In this document: positions 1 to 8,625 of the stretch, piece by piece | Layout: each line of letters begins with the position of its first letter | Numbering within the stretch: position 1 is the stretch's first letter | DNA from: an uncultured Clostridia bacterium | GTDB lineage: Bacteria > Bacillota > Limnochordia > Limnochordales > Geochordaceae | Assembly (NCBI GenBank): GCA_964418425.1 | Contig: CAYQLT010000003.1 | Location: 4,513 to 68,512 of the forward strand | Length of the DNA stretch: 64,000 nucleotides | Direction: 5' to 3' | Made by a program: the position numbers and the translations under genes | Notes under the pieces: model-generated | Databases searched by the model: none | Seen by the model: the letters and a program-made list of their open reading frames with translations, nothing else | Told to the model about the DNA's origin: nothing

Positions 1-623
1 CCGCCATGCCCCTGTTCACCCTGCCGCTGGCGTGGCTTTGGAGCCGCGAGCCCGTCGGTCGCTCGCAGGTGGCCGGTATGGTGCTGGGGTTTGTGGGTGT
101 GTTGCTCGCGGCCGGGCTGCGGGAGGGGGCCGGCTTCACCGGGCCGGCCCATCTGCGACTGTGGGCCCAGCTGGGCATGTTGGGCTCGGCGTTCTTCTAC
201 GCCTCCTCCTACGTCTTCAGCCGCCGCTACTTCACCACCGACACCTACTCGAGCACTGCCATCCACCTCGGGATGTCCGGCCTCTACCTGGGAACCCTGG
301 CGGCCGGTGTGCGAGAGGCGCTGAGCCCGCAGGTGTTGCAGCCCCCGGCTCTCGTGACCCTGGCCTACCTGTCGCTGGTGGGTTCTGCGCTGGCCTATTG
401 GCTGATGTTCTACCTGGTCGACCACGTCGGCAGCGTGCGGGCCTCCTACGTCACCCTCATCAACCCTGTGGTGGCGGTCATCCTCGGGGTGCTTATCCTG
501 GGAGAGCCCCTCACCGCCGGCATGGTGGCGGGCGCAAGCCTGGTGGTCGGCGGGGCCTGGCTGGTCAACCGCCGCCCCACGCCCGTCGCTCCCCAAGCTC
601 TTCCGGCGGCCAAGACCCCATGA
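1..623 (+). CDS. EamA/DMT-family transporter, C-terminal part (5' end lies outside the window)
   Basis: ORF 6..623 enters from the window edge. It is a polytopic hydrophobic protein with Gly-rich helices ([46 protein letters not shown]) typical of an EamA repeat. Confidence 0.6.
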   Translation, partial: AMPLFTLPLAWLWSREPVGRSQVAGMVLGFVGVLLAAGLREGAGFTGPAHLRLWAQLGMLGSAFFYASSYVFSRRYFTTDTYSSTAIHLGMSGLYLGTLAAGVREALSPQVLQPPALVTLAYLSLVGSALAYWLMFYLVDHVGSVRASYVTLINPVVAVILGVLILGEPLTAGMVAGASLVVGGAWLVNRRPTPVAPQALPAAKTP

Positions 624-771
624 ACGTCTGCCGGGTCGCCCCGTCCCGCAGGCGAATGCGGGACGCTGCAGGCCCCGGGCCGGCCGGCCCGCGCCCGGCG
701 GTGGCCACGGGAACCGTCGGCCGAGAGGAGCCGGTGGCCACGGGAGCCGTCGGCCGAGAGGAGGAAGACCC

Positions 772-2283
772 ATGGCACGCTACGTGGGCGCCATCGACCA
801 GGGCACGACCAGCACTCGGTTCATCCTCTTCGACCACGACGGGCGGGTGGTCAGCATGGCCCAAAAGGAGCACCGCCAGCTCTACCCCCGGCCGGGCTGG
901 GTGGAGCACGATCCCATGGAGATCTGGGAACGCACCGGCGAGGTCGTCCGGGAGGCCATGGCCCGGGCGGGCGCCGGCCCCGGGGAACTCTCGGCCATCG
1001 GGGTGACCAACCAGCGGGAGACCACGGTGGTCTGGAACCCCCGCACGGGCCGGCCGTACCACCCGGCGGTGGTCTGGCAGGACACCCGAACCGCCGAATT
1101 GTGTGAGGAGCTTGCCCGGGAGGGCGGCCCGGACCGCTTCCGGAGCCGAACCGGGCTGCCCCTTGCGACTTACTTCTCGGGTCCCAAGATTCGCTGGCTT
1201 CTCGACCACGTGGACGGGCTGCGGGAAGCGGCCAGGCGAGGCGAGGCGGTCTTCGGCACCATCGACTCGTGGCTCATCTGGTGGCTGACCGGCGGGCCTG
1301 ACGGAGGGGCCCACGTTACCGACGTCACCAATGCGAGCCGCACCATGCTCATGAACCTGCGCACGCTGGACTGGGACGATGAGATCTGTGAGGCACTGGG
1401 GATTCCCCGCCGGATGCTGCCGGCCATCCGACCCTCCAGCGACCCGTCCGGGTATGGACGGACCCGGCGCGACGGCCCGCTGGGAGGCGAGGTGCCGGTC
1501 TGCGGCGACCTGGGCGACCAGCAGGCGGCGCTGGTGGGGCAGACCTGCTTCACCCCGGGGGAAGCCAAGAACACCTATGGCACCGGCTGCTTCTTGCTGC
1601 TCAACACGGGCCGGCAGCCCGTTGCCTCGAAGTGCGGGCTCATCACCACCGTGGCGTACCGCATGGGAAGCTCGCCGCCCTCTTACGCCCTGGAGGGCTC
1701 CATCGCCATCACCGGGGCCCTCGTGCAGTGGCTGCGGGACAACCTGGGCATCATCGCGAGCTCCTCGGAGGTGGAGGACCTGGCCCGCACGGTGGAGGAC
1801 AGCGGCGGCGTTTACTTCGTTCCGGCCTTCTCGGGCCTGTTCGCCCCGCACTGGAACAGCCGGGCCCGCGGCCTGATCATCGGCCTCACCCGCTATGCCC
1901 ACAAGGGCCATCTCGCCCGGGCGGCTTTAGAGGCGACCGCGTACCAGACCCGGGAAGTCGTGGAAGCGATGGAGCGGGACTCGGGGGTTCGGCTGACGGA
2001 GCTTCGGGTGGACGGGGGGATGGTGGTCAACGAACTGCTCATGCAGTTCCAGGCGGATCTGCTGGGGTTACCGGTGGTGCGGCCCGCTGTCGCGGAGACC
2101 ACGGCCCTCGGGGCTGCCTGCGCGGCCGGCCTGGCATGTGGCTTTTGGGAGAGCCTCGACGAACTGCGGGCTCACTGGAAAGAGGAACGGCGCTGGATCC
2201 CCCGCTGGGACGAGGCTCGCCGGGAAGCCTCCTACCGGGGGTGGCGGAAGGCCGTCCAGCGGGCGATGGACTGGCTGGAATAG
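772..2283 (+). CDS. glpK: glycerol kinase
   Basis: 503-aa ORF. The N-terminus [21 protein letters not shown], plus [11 protein letters not shown] and [20 protein letters not shown], are classic FGGY/GlpK motifs. Length is typical. Confidence 0.95.
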   Translation: MARYVGAIDQGTTSTRFILFDHDGRVVSMAQKEHRQLYPRPGWVEHDPMEIWERTGEVVREAMARAGAGPGELSAIGVTNQRETTVVWNPRTGRPYHPAVVWQDTRTAELCEELAREGGPDRFRSRTGLPLATYFSGPKIRWLLDHVDGLREAARRGEAVFGTIDSWLIWWLTGGPDGGAHVTDVTNASRTMLMNLRTLDWDDEICEALGIPRRMLPAIRPSSDPSGYGRTRRDGPLGGEVPVCGDLGDQQAALVGQTCFTPGEAKNTYGTGCFLLLNTGRQPVASKCGLITTVAYRMGSSPPSYALEGSIAITGALVQWLRDNLGIIASSSEVEDLARTVEDSGGVYFVPAFSGLFAPHWNSRARGLIIGLTRYAHKGHLARAALEATAYQTREVVEAMERDSGVRLTELRVDGGMVVNELLMQFQADLLGLPVVRPAVAETTALGAACAAGLACGFWESLDELRAHWKEERRWIPRWDEARREASYRGWRKAVQRAMDWLE

Positions 2284-2353
2284 AGGAGCCGGCATCCTCC
2301 GTATCGAGCAGAAAGACCGGGCGCCACCGCGTGGTCGGGCGCCGGGCGGCGCC

Positions 2354-2388
2354 TTGCCGGGCAAAGAGAATCCGATTATCTTATTCTC
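2354..2388 (+). promoter_or_regulatory. candidate promoter (TTGCCG-17 nt-TATCTT) overlapping the inverted repeat GAGAAT-N11-ATTCTC, upstream of the Phd/VapC pair
   Basis: An AT-richer patch in GC-rich DNA, 37 nt upstream of the antitoxin start. A perfect 6-bp inverted repeat at 2366-2371/2383-2388 straddles the -10-like hexamer, as expected for an autoregulated TA operator. Confidence 0.3.
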
Positions 2389-2424
2389 AGACACCGGGGG
2401 CGCTCCCGTGGGAGGCAGGAGGTT

Positions 2425-2694
2425 GTGGAGACCAGGATTACGGCCACCGAACTGGCCAAGAATCTCTCGGACGTCCTGAGCCGTGTCCGCTACCGGGGGG
2501 AGCACTTCGTGGTGGAGCGCAACGGCGAACCCGTGGCCAGCTTAGGTCCCGTCACCCGCCCTCAAGGGATCACCGTGCGACAACTGGTGGCCCGAGTGGG
2601 GCACCTCACGTTGCCCGGCGAGGGCTTTGCCGATGACCTCGAGCAAATCCAGGCCAGCCAGCCCCCGGCCGAAGCGCTCCGATGGCCCAGCTGA
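2425..2694 (+). CDS. type II antitoxin, Phd/YefM-like
   Basis: 89 aa with a 13-nt overlap onto the downstream PIN gene. The N-terminus ITATELAKNLSDVLSRVRYRGEHFVVERNGEPVA fits the prevent-host-death antitoxin pattern. Confidence 0.7.
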   Translation: METRITATELAKNLSDVLSRVRYRGEHFVVERNGEPVASLGPVTRPQGITVRQLVARVGHLTLPGEGFADDLEQIQASQPPAEALRWPS

Positions 2695-3089
2695 TCGACT
2701 CCAGCATCTTCATCGCCTTGGAGCGGCGCAGGGCGCCACTGGGCGCCCTGGCCCGCGCGCTACCGGATGAGCCCGTCGCGCTGGCCAGCATCACCGCATC
2801 GGAATTGCTGGCCGGCGTCCACCGGGCCGATTCTCCGGCACGCAGGGCCCGGCGGGAGGCGTTTGTGGAGGCGGTTTTGGAGGCGGTTCCTGTCCTGCCT
2901 TTCGACCTTCTTGCCGCCCGGGTGTATGCTCGACTCTCGGTGGAACTCGCTGCCACCGGGAGACCCATTGGTGCCCACGACCTGCTCATCGCGGCCACAG
3001 CTCTAGCCCACGGATGTGCCGTTGTCACCGAAAACCCGAGGCATTTCCAAGCTGTGCCGGGCCTAGTGGTGCGGACTCCACTGTGGTAA
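2682..3089 (+). CDS. vapC: PIN-domain toxin VapC
   Basis: 135 aa. PIN acidic residues are in the expected places (LIDSSIF..., ITASELL, GAHDLLIAATA, VVTENPRHF). It is coupled to the upstream antitoxin. Its 3' end overlaps the convergent M20 gene by 27 nt. Confidence 0.85.
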   Translation: MAQLIDSSIFIALERRRAPLGALARALPDEPVALASITASELLAGVHRADSPARRARREAFVEAVLEAVPVLPFDLLAARVYARLSVELAATGRPIGAHDLLIAATALAHGCAVVTENPRHFQAVPGLVVRTPLW

Positions 3090-4295
3090 GGCCACGTCCT
3101 CGCACCCGAGGTAATCGCACACGACGGCGGCGTACAGCAGCGCCGCCTGTCTCAGCTGCTCCAGGGAGATCGACTCGTTGACGGTATGGGCCTGCTCAAG
3201 CTCGCCCGGGCCGAGGATCACGGCGGGCACTCGCCCCTGGTTCACGAGAAAGCGGGCATCCGTGGTGCCCGGCATGCCGCCCGGCGATACGGGTTCAAGG
3301 CCCAGAAGGGCCCGAGCGCGCAGGGCGGAGCGGACGATGGGTTCGTCTGCCGAGATCTCGGATGGCTCAGCCTCCTTGATGGTGCGAAGCTCCACCCGAA
3401 GGTCCGGGTCCGAGACCCTCAGGGTGTCCAGCTGCCGCTTCAGGTGCTCGAAGGCGTGCGCCGGGCTCTCCCCGGGAAGCAGGCGCCGGTCGACGGTGAC
3501 CGTGCAGCGGTCCGGCACCACGTTGGTCTTGGTTCCGCCGGCGATGGTGCCGACGCTGAGGGTGGGATGGCCGAGCAACGGGTGGTTTGCCGCAAAGCGG
3601 GTCTCGGCGAGGGCCTGGACGACCCGGCTCATCTTCACGATGGCGTTGACGCCCAGGTGCGGGGTCGAGGCGTGGCAGCTTCGCCCGAAGGTCGTCGCCT
3701 CCACCCACAAAAGGCCCCGTGCGGCCACCAGCGGCCGCAGGGAGGTGGGCTCGCCGCAGATGGCGGCGTCAGCCTGCGCCTGCCCCTGCTCGACCAGAAG
3801 GCGGGTTCCCAGGTCGCCCAGCATCTCCTCGTCCGCCACGGCGTGCACGAGCAGGGTTCCCCGCAGGCGAAGGCCCGCCCGGTGCAGAATGGCGGCTGCC
3901 TCGAGGATGGCGGCCACTGCGCCTTTCATGTCCGCCGAACCCCTGCCCCACAGGCGCCCGTCCGCCACCACGCCCTCAAAGGGCGGATAGCGCCAGGCCG
4001 AGGGATCTCCGACAGGCACCACGTCGATGTGGCCGTTCCAAAGAAGGGTGCGGCTGCCGGGGGCCTGGCTGCCTCCTGGGAACCGGCCGACCACGCTCAC
4101 CCGGCCCGGCAGAGGCTCGACCAGGCGCACGTCCTCGAACCCCAGCCGGGGCATCTGCTCTTGAAGCCACCGAGCGGCCGGCGCTTCGTGGCCGGGGGGA
4201 TTGCTGGTGTCGGCCCGTACCAGGGCCCGAGCCATCTCCACCAGCTCGTCCATGTCCAGGTACCGCTCCAGCCAGGCAATCTCCCCACCAGCCAC
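3063..4295 (-). CDS. M20-family metallopeptidase (ArgE/DapE/ACY1-like deacylase)
   Basis: This is the C-terminal 410 codons of track ORF 3063..5162. Motifs include VRADTSNPPGHE, LLWNGHIDVVP, GRGSADMKG, HAVADEE, PGTTDARF and HTVNESI. The proposed GTG start at 4295 has GGGGAG upstream; ATG 4253 is an alternative. The upstream Arg/Gly-rich part of the ORF is not coding. Confidence 0.85.
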   Translation of the reverse strand: MAGGEIAWLERYLDMDELVEMARALVRADTSNPPGHEAPAARWLQEQMPRLGFEDVRLVEPLPGRVSVVGRFPGGSQAPGSRTLLWNGHIDVVPVGDPSAWRYPPFEGVVADGRLWGRGSADMKGAVAAILEAAAILHRAGLRLRGTLLVHAVADEEMLGDLGTRLLVEQGQAQADAAICGEPTSLRPLVAARGLLWVEATTFGRSCHASTPHLGVNAIVKMSRVVQALAETRFAANHPLLGHPTLSVGTIAGGTKTNVVPDRCTVTVDRRLLPGESPAHAFEHLKRQLDTLRVSDPDLRVELRTIKEAEPSEISADEPIVRSALRARALLGLEPVSPGGMPGTTDARFLVNQGRVPAVILGPGELEQAHTVNESISLEQLRQAALLYAAVVCDYLGCEDVALPQWSPHH

Positions 4296-4360
4296 CTTGG
4301 TCTCCCCTTCCCAGAGCGCCCGCCCGACCGTAGGCGTTGCCGGCGGGCGCCTTGCATGCG

Positions 4361-5305
4361 TCAGGGGTTCAGCTGAAACCACAGAACCGGCGCCGGACTC
4401 CCCGACGGCGTCACGGCCAGGTCCAGCCGGTATGCCCCGAACAGCCCGGCCGACATTGACACGCCCAGCCCTGCCGCCGCGCCCCAATCCGAACCTCCCC
4501 CAAAGGCGGCCGAGGGCCAGGCGAAAGCCAAGTCGGCGAACGCGTGCAGGCCCAGCGGCCAATCCGGCAGCGGCGCCCACCGGTGGTCGAGGGTGAGCGC
4601 GGCCACGGAGCCTCCGGTCAGGGTGCCTGGAGGATATCCCCGAAGAACTGCGGAACCGTGGGGCCCCCCGAGCTCGAAGCGGAAGCCCTGAAGACCGGCG
4701 CCCCACGCCTCGCTGAGGCCAACTTTGAGGGTTGCGCGCAGTTCCCCAAGCTCGACTGCCGCCTGGTACGTGGCTGCCGCCACGGCGCGAGCCGGGGGCA
4801 GGCCGGCCTCGTGGAGCAGTTCGACCTCCCGTAGCACGCTGAGCCCATAGAGCACCCCGGGGTTTCCCGCATCGGTTCCCGTGACGATGGCGACCCCCGC
4901 GCGGTAAGCGGTACGCATCGAGAAAACGTCCACGAGAAGCGGCCAGACGTTGGGCCCGGTCTCGGGTGCCCCGGCGTGAACATGCACGTCGATGAGGCCG
5001 GGAATGGCGTACCCACCCTGCCCGTCGATGATCCGTGCCTGCGGATGGCGCTCCGCCAGTGCCGGCCCGATAGCCGCGATCCGGTCGCCGGCCACGGCGA
5101 TGTCGACCGGGGCAGGGGAGATCTCGGCGCGGGGCCATACGGATCCCGCTTCGGGATGCCACGTCAGAGCATAAACGTTACGAATGACGAGGCTCACCGG
5201 TGCGGGCGCATCGGGGCCGGAGGCCGCCTGAGCCGTCCCGGCGGCCGCAGACCGAGCCGCATAGAGGAGAGAGGCGAGCAGCATCAGCAGCGCGGCCCCT
5301 GTCAT
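4361..5305 (-). CDS. secreted mosaic protein: internally shortened amidohydrolase-like N-part plus Omp85/BamA-like C-terminal strands
   Basis: Start taken at MTGAALLMLLASLLYA (signal peptide). It carries the amidohydrolase N-motif IPGLIDVHVHAG and the C-motif VTGTDAGNPGV...EAGLPPARAVAAAT, but the central barrel is missing. The tail LRGYPPG...FADLAFAW...GLGVSMSAGLFGAYRLDLAV...LWFQL resembles the last strands of surface-antigen barrels. Confidence 0.5.
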   Translation of the reverse strand: MTGAALLMLLASLLYAARSAAAGTAQAASGPDAPAPVSLVIRNVYALTWHPEAGSVWPRAEISPAPVDIAVAGDRIAAIGPALAERHPQARIIDGQGGYAIPGLIDVHVHAGAPETGPNVWPLLVDVFSMRTAYRAGVAIVTGTDAGNPGVLYGLSVLREVELLHEAGLPPARAVAAATYQAAVELGELRATLKVGLSEAWGAGLQGFRFELGGPHGSAVLRGYPPGTLTGGSVAALTLDHRWAPLPDWPLGLHAFADLAFAWPSAAFGGGSDWGAAAGLGVSMSAGLFGAYRLDLAVTPSGSPAPVLWFQLNP

Positions 5306-5434
5306 GGGGCCGACGCGCCTGCGGGGCCTGCAACAGACGCCCGCACCTACGCCCTCTGGGGGCTTCGCTTCGGGGAAGCGCATGGGGTTCTCCCTGTCGG
5401 CACCCGGCTGTGCGAACCGGGAATTTCTTGGAGG

Positions 5435-5537
5435 GGGATTTCACCGGTTCACCCTGGGAAACCTGCCCGGGTCGTCCTGCTGGGCGGCGAGGCGGCGGGC
5501 GGGATTTCACCGGTTCACTCCGCAGAACCTGCTCGGG
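5435..5537. repeat. two imperfect 37-nt direct repeats with a 66-nt period (GGGATTTCACCGGTTCAC core)
   Basis: Copy 1 is 5435-5471 and copy 2 is 5501-5537, with 31/37 identical positions and the first 18 nt identical. They lie in the intergenic region between the mosaic ORF and the RHH/PIN pair. Confidence 0.7.
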
Positions 5538-5715
5538 CTCTGGCCGTCGCTCTGCATTCCCGGGGCCTCGCCGGCGGCGCGTGGCAGGGCGGATTGGGGC
5601 GTCCCGTCGCATCCGCCGGCCACCGTGGGGCCGCTGCTTCTTGATGACCATGCGATGTGCTTGTCAGCTTGACGCCCCTTCCGCCACCCGATACGCTGGC
5701 GTGGGGGTGCCGCGG

Positions 5716-5949
5716 ATGCGCAGGAAGGTCGCGACCACGATGGACGCAAGGCTTTATGAACGGGCCAAGGAGCAAGCCCGCAAGGAGGGACGCCCGCTTA
5801 ACGACTTACTCGAACACGCCCTGCGTCGGTACCTGGATTCGGCCGGTCGGAGCAGGTCCGTGGTGCGGGAAACGGCGGGGGTTTTCGACGTGCCCCGCGA
5901 GTTTGTGATGGAAGTCGCAGAGGCCGATCTCTATGGCGAGCTTGAGTGA
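5716..5949 (+). CDS. ribbon-helix-helix (CopG/VapB-like) antitoxin
   Basis: 77 aa taken from the 3' end of track ORF 5200..5949. The sequence MRRKVATTMDARLYERAKEQARKEGRPLNDLLEHALRRYL is a typical RHH strand-helix-helix. It overlaps the downstream PIN-like gene by 17 nt. Confidence 0.6.
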   Translation: MRRKVATTMDARLYERAKEQARKEGRPLNDLLEHALRRYLDSAGRSRSVVRETAGVFDVPREFVMEVAEADLYGELE

Positions 5950-6304
5950 GATCCCTGACGGGGTTCGGGTGTATGTGGAAGCCCGACAAAAAGGCCTCAT
6001 AGCGGGTTCCAACCCAGTGCGCCAGCTCTCACTACACCCGGACCGCGTACGGCAACTGGCGGACTACCAGCTCTATGCAGCCAAGCTGCCGCAAATGGGC
6101 ATCAGTATCCTCGACCTGCCGAGGGAGTACATCACCCGAAGCGCGGAGTTTCGCCAGAGGTACGGGCTTTTGACCCATGATTCCCTCATCGCGCTGGACT
6201 TGACCGACCACGGGATTCCCTGGCTGGCCTCCGCAGATGCCGCGTTCGATCGGCTCTCCTTTTTAAAGCGTGCGTCTCCCAGCGACCTACCGGCCGTCTC
6301 TTGA
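5933..6304 (+). CDS. PIN-like toxin (divergent VapC)
   Basis: 123 aa. LLTHDSLIALDL and LASADAAFDRL match the third and fourth PIN acidic motifs. The first acidic position is atypical (VYVEA). It is coupled to the RHH gene. Confidence 0.55.
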   Translation: MASLSEIPDGVRVYVEARQKGLIAGSNPVRQLSLHPDRVRQLADYQLYAAKLPQMGISILDLPREYITRSAEFRQRYGLLTHDSLIALDLTDHGIPWLASADAAFDRLSFLKRASPSDLPAVS

Positions 6305-6489
6305 CGGGCTCCTGGCCGCCTGCTACGGCACCTCCCAGGAAGACCTAGCCGGCATGGCGTGCATGCGTCAGGCTGGCACCTATGCGTCAGGCTGGCACGT
6401 AGTGGGTGAGCCACCCTATACTGGAACCGTCCGGCGCGGCGCCTCGTGCGCTGGGGCCCGGATCCACAGCCTTCAAGGGGGAGAGCACG

Positions 6490-7245
6490 ATGGCGATGGC
6501 CGCGAAATGCGCACGGAGTGGCCGACTTTTCATCGGCGGGGTGGCGTGGGGCGTCGCTGCCGTGATGGCGGGAGCACTGGCATCCGGCGCGGCCGCGGCC
6601 CCCCTGGCAGGGGGCGGCTTCACGCTCTGGCTGCAGCAGCTCAGTGTTCCCCAGCTGGCCCAGGACTTGAAAGACGCCGGATACGGCGAGCTGCCTACCT
6701 CCATCGTCCTTTACGGCGGCGGGGGCCAGGGCCCGGTGGGGCGATCAGCGGTCGGTGGGGGGTTCACCACCGGCGGGTTCGGCGCCGGCGGCGCCGCGCG
6801 CGTCGCGAGCGGGACGAAGTGGGCCGAGCTGGCGCTTGGGTTCGGAGGCGTGCGGTTCGGCTTCGACGCGCCCATCACGGAGTCGGTCTCCATCGACGGC
6901 GGGCTCGGGGTAGCGTTCGGCGCGGCGTCTCTCACGGTGGTTCCCGATACGCAGGCATGCAAGCAGTACACCCTCGCCAGCTCCTGCGAGAGGTCATACG
7001 CCAGGTTCCTGTTGGCCCTGGTGCCCGATCTGTCGGTCTCCCTGTCGCTCAGGCGGTTCGTGCACCTGCAGGCCGGCGTGGGGTACTTATTCGATACGGG
7101 CCTGGGAGGCGGACGCTGGATGAGCGTAACGGGCGAGGAAGTCCAGGGAGGGCCGGCAGAGTCTCTGACCGGGCTTCAATACCGGCTGACGCTGGTGTTT
7201 GGTGCGCGGGGCCTGCGTCCTGCCCGCTGGCCGGCGGGCTGGTGA
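6490..7245 (+). CDS. secreted Gly-rich small beta-barrel-like (outer-membrane-protein-like) protein
   Basis: Start at ATG 6490 with GGGGGAG upstream. It has a signal peptide (LFIGGVAWGVAAVMAGALASGAAAAP) and alternating hydrophobic strands (WAELALGFGGVRFGFDA, SIDGGLGVAFGAA, VHLQAGVGYLFD, LQYRLTLVFG). Confidence 0.5.
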   Translation: MAMAAKCARSGRLFIGGVAWGVAAVMAGALASGAAAAPLAGGGFTLWLQQLSVPQLAQDLKDAGYGELPTSIVLYGGGGQGPVGRSAVGGGFTTGGFGAGGAARVASGTKWAELALGFGGVRFGFDAPITESVSIDGGLGVAFGAASLTVVPDTQACKQYTLASSCERSYARFLLALVPDLSVSLSLRRFVHLQAGVGYLFDTGLGGGRWMSVTGEEVQGGPAESLTGLQYRLTLVFGARGLRPARWPAGW

Positions 7246-7296
7246 GGCGGCGCCATCGACAGCGCCCGGGCACCCGGGCAGGGCCGCGAACGCCGA

Positions 7297-8625
7297 TCAG
7301 GCGAAAGCGCCGCCTTCCCCCGGCACAGGACCCTGGGCCCAGGCGATGGCCGGCTGCAGGGCCTGCACCCGCACCCGATCGCCCCGGCGAAAGGCGGGGG
7401 CGGCCGGGCAGCGGACCCGCAGGGGTGTGGCGGAGCGGCCTATCAACGCAGGCAGGGCAAGCCCGGCCGGCTCGGCAGCCGGCGCCGGGCAGGGCTCGGC
7501 CGCACCCGGCTGGTCCACCTGGGGCGCCGGATCGGCGAGCAGGCGCAGGGAGACCATCTGGTAGGCACCGTAAAACTCCCGCTGCACCACCTGAAGGGGC
7601 CCTCCGGGATCCCGGGCGCAGGTCAGCCATTCGGGCCGCATCATGACCAGAACCGGCCCCAGCGGATGGGCCCGGCGCAAGGGGAGCGGCCCCACGGGCG
7701 TGATGGCATGGCTGCCCCGGGACTGGCCCGGCAGCAGGTTCACCTCCCCGAGCAGGGCGGCCAGCCCCGGGGATAGGGGCTGCTCGTAGACCACCTCCGG
7801 GGTGCCCACCTGCAGAATCCGGCCGCCCGCCATGACGGCCACCAGGTCGGCCACGCTCAGAGCCTCTTCCCGGTCATGGGTGACCAGGAGCGCGGTCAGG
7901 CCCTCCTGCTGGATGATCTCCTTGAGTTCCCGACGCAGCCGCACCCGCGTCCCCAGGTCCACGCTGGCAAAGGGCTCGTCCAGCAAGAGCAGCCGGGGCC
8001 GGGCTGCCAGCGCCCGCGCCAGGGCCACCCTCTGCTGCTGGCCACCGGACAGCTGGTGGGGGTAGCGGTGCTCCAGCCCCTCCAGCCCCACCCGCCGGAT
8101 CCAGCGGGCCACCTCCTTGCGGGGGTCCGCCCCCGCTCGCAGGCCGAAGGCAATGTTTTCTGCCACGGTCAGGTGGGGAAAGAGGGCATAATCCTGAAAC
8201 ACCATTCCCACCTGCCGCCGCTCCGGAGGCACCGACCGCCCCGGCTCGGCGACGACGACCCCGTCCAGCTCCACCCGGCCCCGGTCGGGCACCTCAAACC
8301 CGGCCAGGAGGCGCAGCAGCGTGGTCTTGCCGCACCCGCTGGGCCCGATGAGGGTTACCAGCTGGCCTCGCTTGAGCGCCAGCGAGGCTCCGTCCACCGC
8401 CCGCACCGGGCCGAAGTAGCGGGCTACGTCCTGGCAACGGGCCACCACGTCCGCCTGCGGAATCCGGGGCGGCCCGCCGCTCCACCCGTCCGGTTCGGGT
8501 GCCGTCGCCAGGGCGCTGGCCACCGGCGCCGGCGACGTGTCCTTCACCGCACCCGGTTCGGGGCTGGCGGCTCGCCGACCCAACAACCGCACAGGCTTTC
8601 GCCCCTTCCTCTCCCACGTTCTCAT
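7297..8625 (-). CDS. ABC transporter ATP-binding protein, Fe(3+)/polyamine (FbpC/PotA-like) type
   Basis: Walker A GPSGCGKTT, Q-loop MVFQDYALFPH, signature LSGGQQQRVALARAL and Walker B LLLLDEPF. ATG 8625 overlaps the permease stop (ATGA). It has a roughly 70-aa low-complexity N-terminal extension. Confidence 0.85.
   Translation of the reverse strand: MRTWERKGRKPVRLLGRRAASPEPGAVKDTSPAPVASALATAPEPDGWSGGPPRIPQADVVARCQDVARYFGPVRAVDGASLALKRGQLVTLIGPSGCGKTTLLRLLAGFEVPDRGRVELDGVVVAEPGRSVPPERRQVGMVFQDYALFPHLTVAENIAFGLRAGADPRKEVARWIRRVGLEGLEHRYPHQLSGGQQQRVALARALAARPRLLLLDEPFASVDLGTRVRLRRELKEIIQQEGLTALLVTHDREEALSVADLVAVMAGGRILQVGTPEVVYEQPLSPGLAALLGEVNLLPGQSRGSHAITPVGPLPLRRAHPLGPVLVMMRPEWLTCARDPGGPLQVVQREFYGAYQMVSLRLLADPAPQVDQPGAAEPCPAPAAEPAGLALPALIGRSATPLRVRCPAAPAFRRGDRVRVQALQPAIAWAQGPVPGEGGAFA

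Noticed and set aside
565-1911. 448-aa minus-strand ORF antisense to glpK. The same applies to similar very long shadow ORFs: 1632..2636, 16015..17025, 34093..36726, 37702..39501, 39266..40630, 45184..46707, 45186..46769, 54239..55945, 57729..58796, 59772..60734 and 60286..61563.
   Set aside because: Each overlaps a gene with unmistakable family motifs in another frame or strand. Their products are Arg/Gly/Pro/Ala-rich low-complexity strings, which is typical of out-of-frame translation of ~70% GC DNA where stop codons are rare.
4296-5162. N-terminal 289 codons of track ORF 3063..5162. The same applies to the N-terminal extensions of ORFs 20609..21988, 17516..19540, 5200..5949, 26113..26604 and 28452..29540.
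   Set aside because: The extensions are Arg/Gly-rich, overlap the neighbouring real gene, and precede a start codon that has a Shine-Dalgarno motif and gives the canonical N-terminus. Only the 3' parts were called as genes.
5435-5537. CRISPR array interpretation of the 37-nt repeats
   Set aside because: There are only two copies, with 6 mismatches between them. There are no cas genes in the window and no further repeats at the same period. It is kept as an unexplained repeat only.
5306-5715. Cobalamin riboswitch on the minus strand, suggested by CCGGTGAAATCC which resembles the GGTGAAAATCC core
   Set aside because: I could find no B12-box (GCCACTG / AGYCMGGAGACCKGCC-like) or the expected flanking pairings. 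The motif occurs twice as part of a direct repeat rather than once in a riboswitch scaffold.
6270-7646. 458-aa plus-strand ORF spanning the barrel-like gene and the 3' end of the ABC ATPase gene
   Set aside because: Extremely Arg/Gly/Pro-rich with no motifs. It overlaps a better-supported signal-peptide ORF in another frame and a convergent ABC gene.
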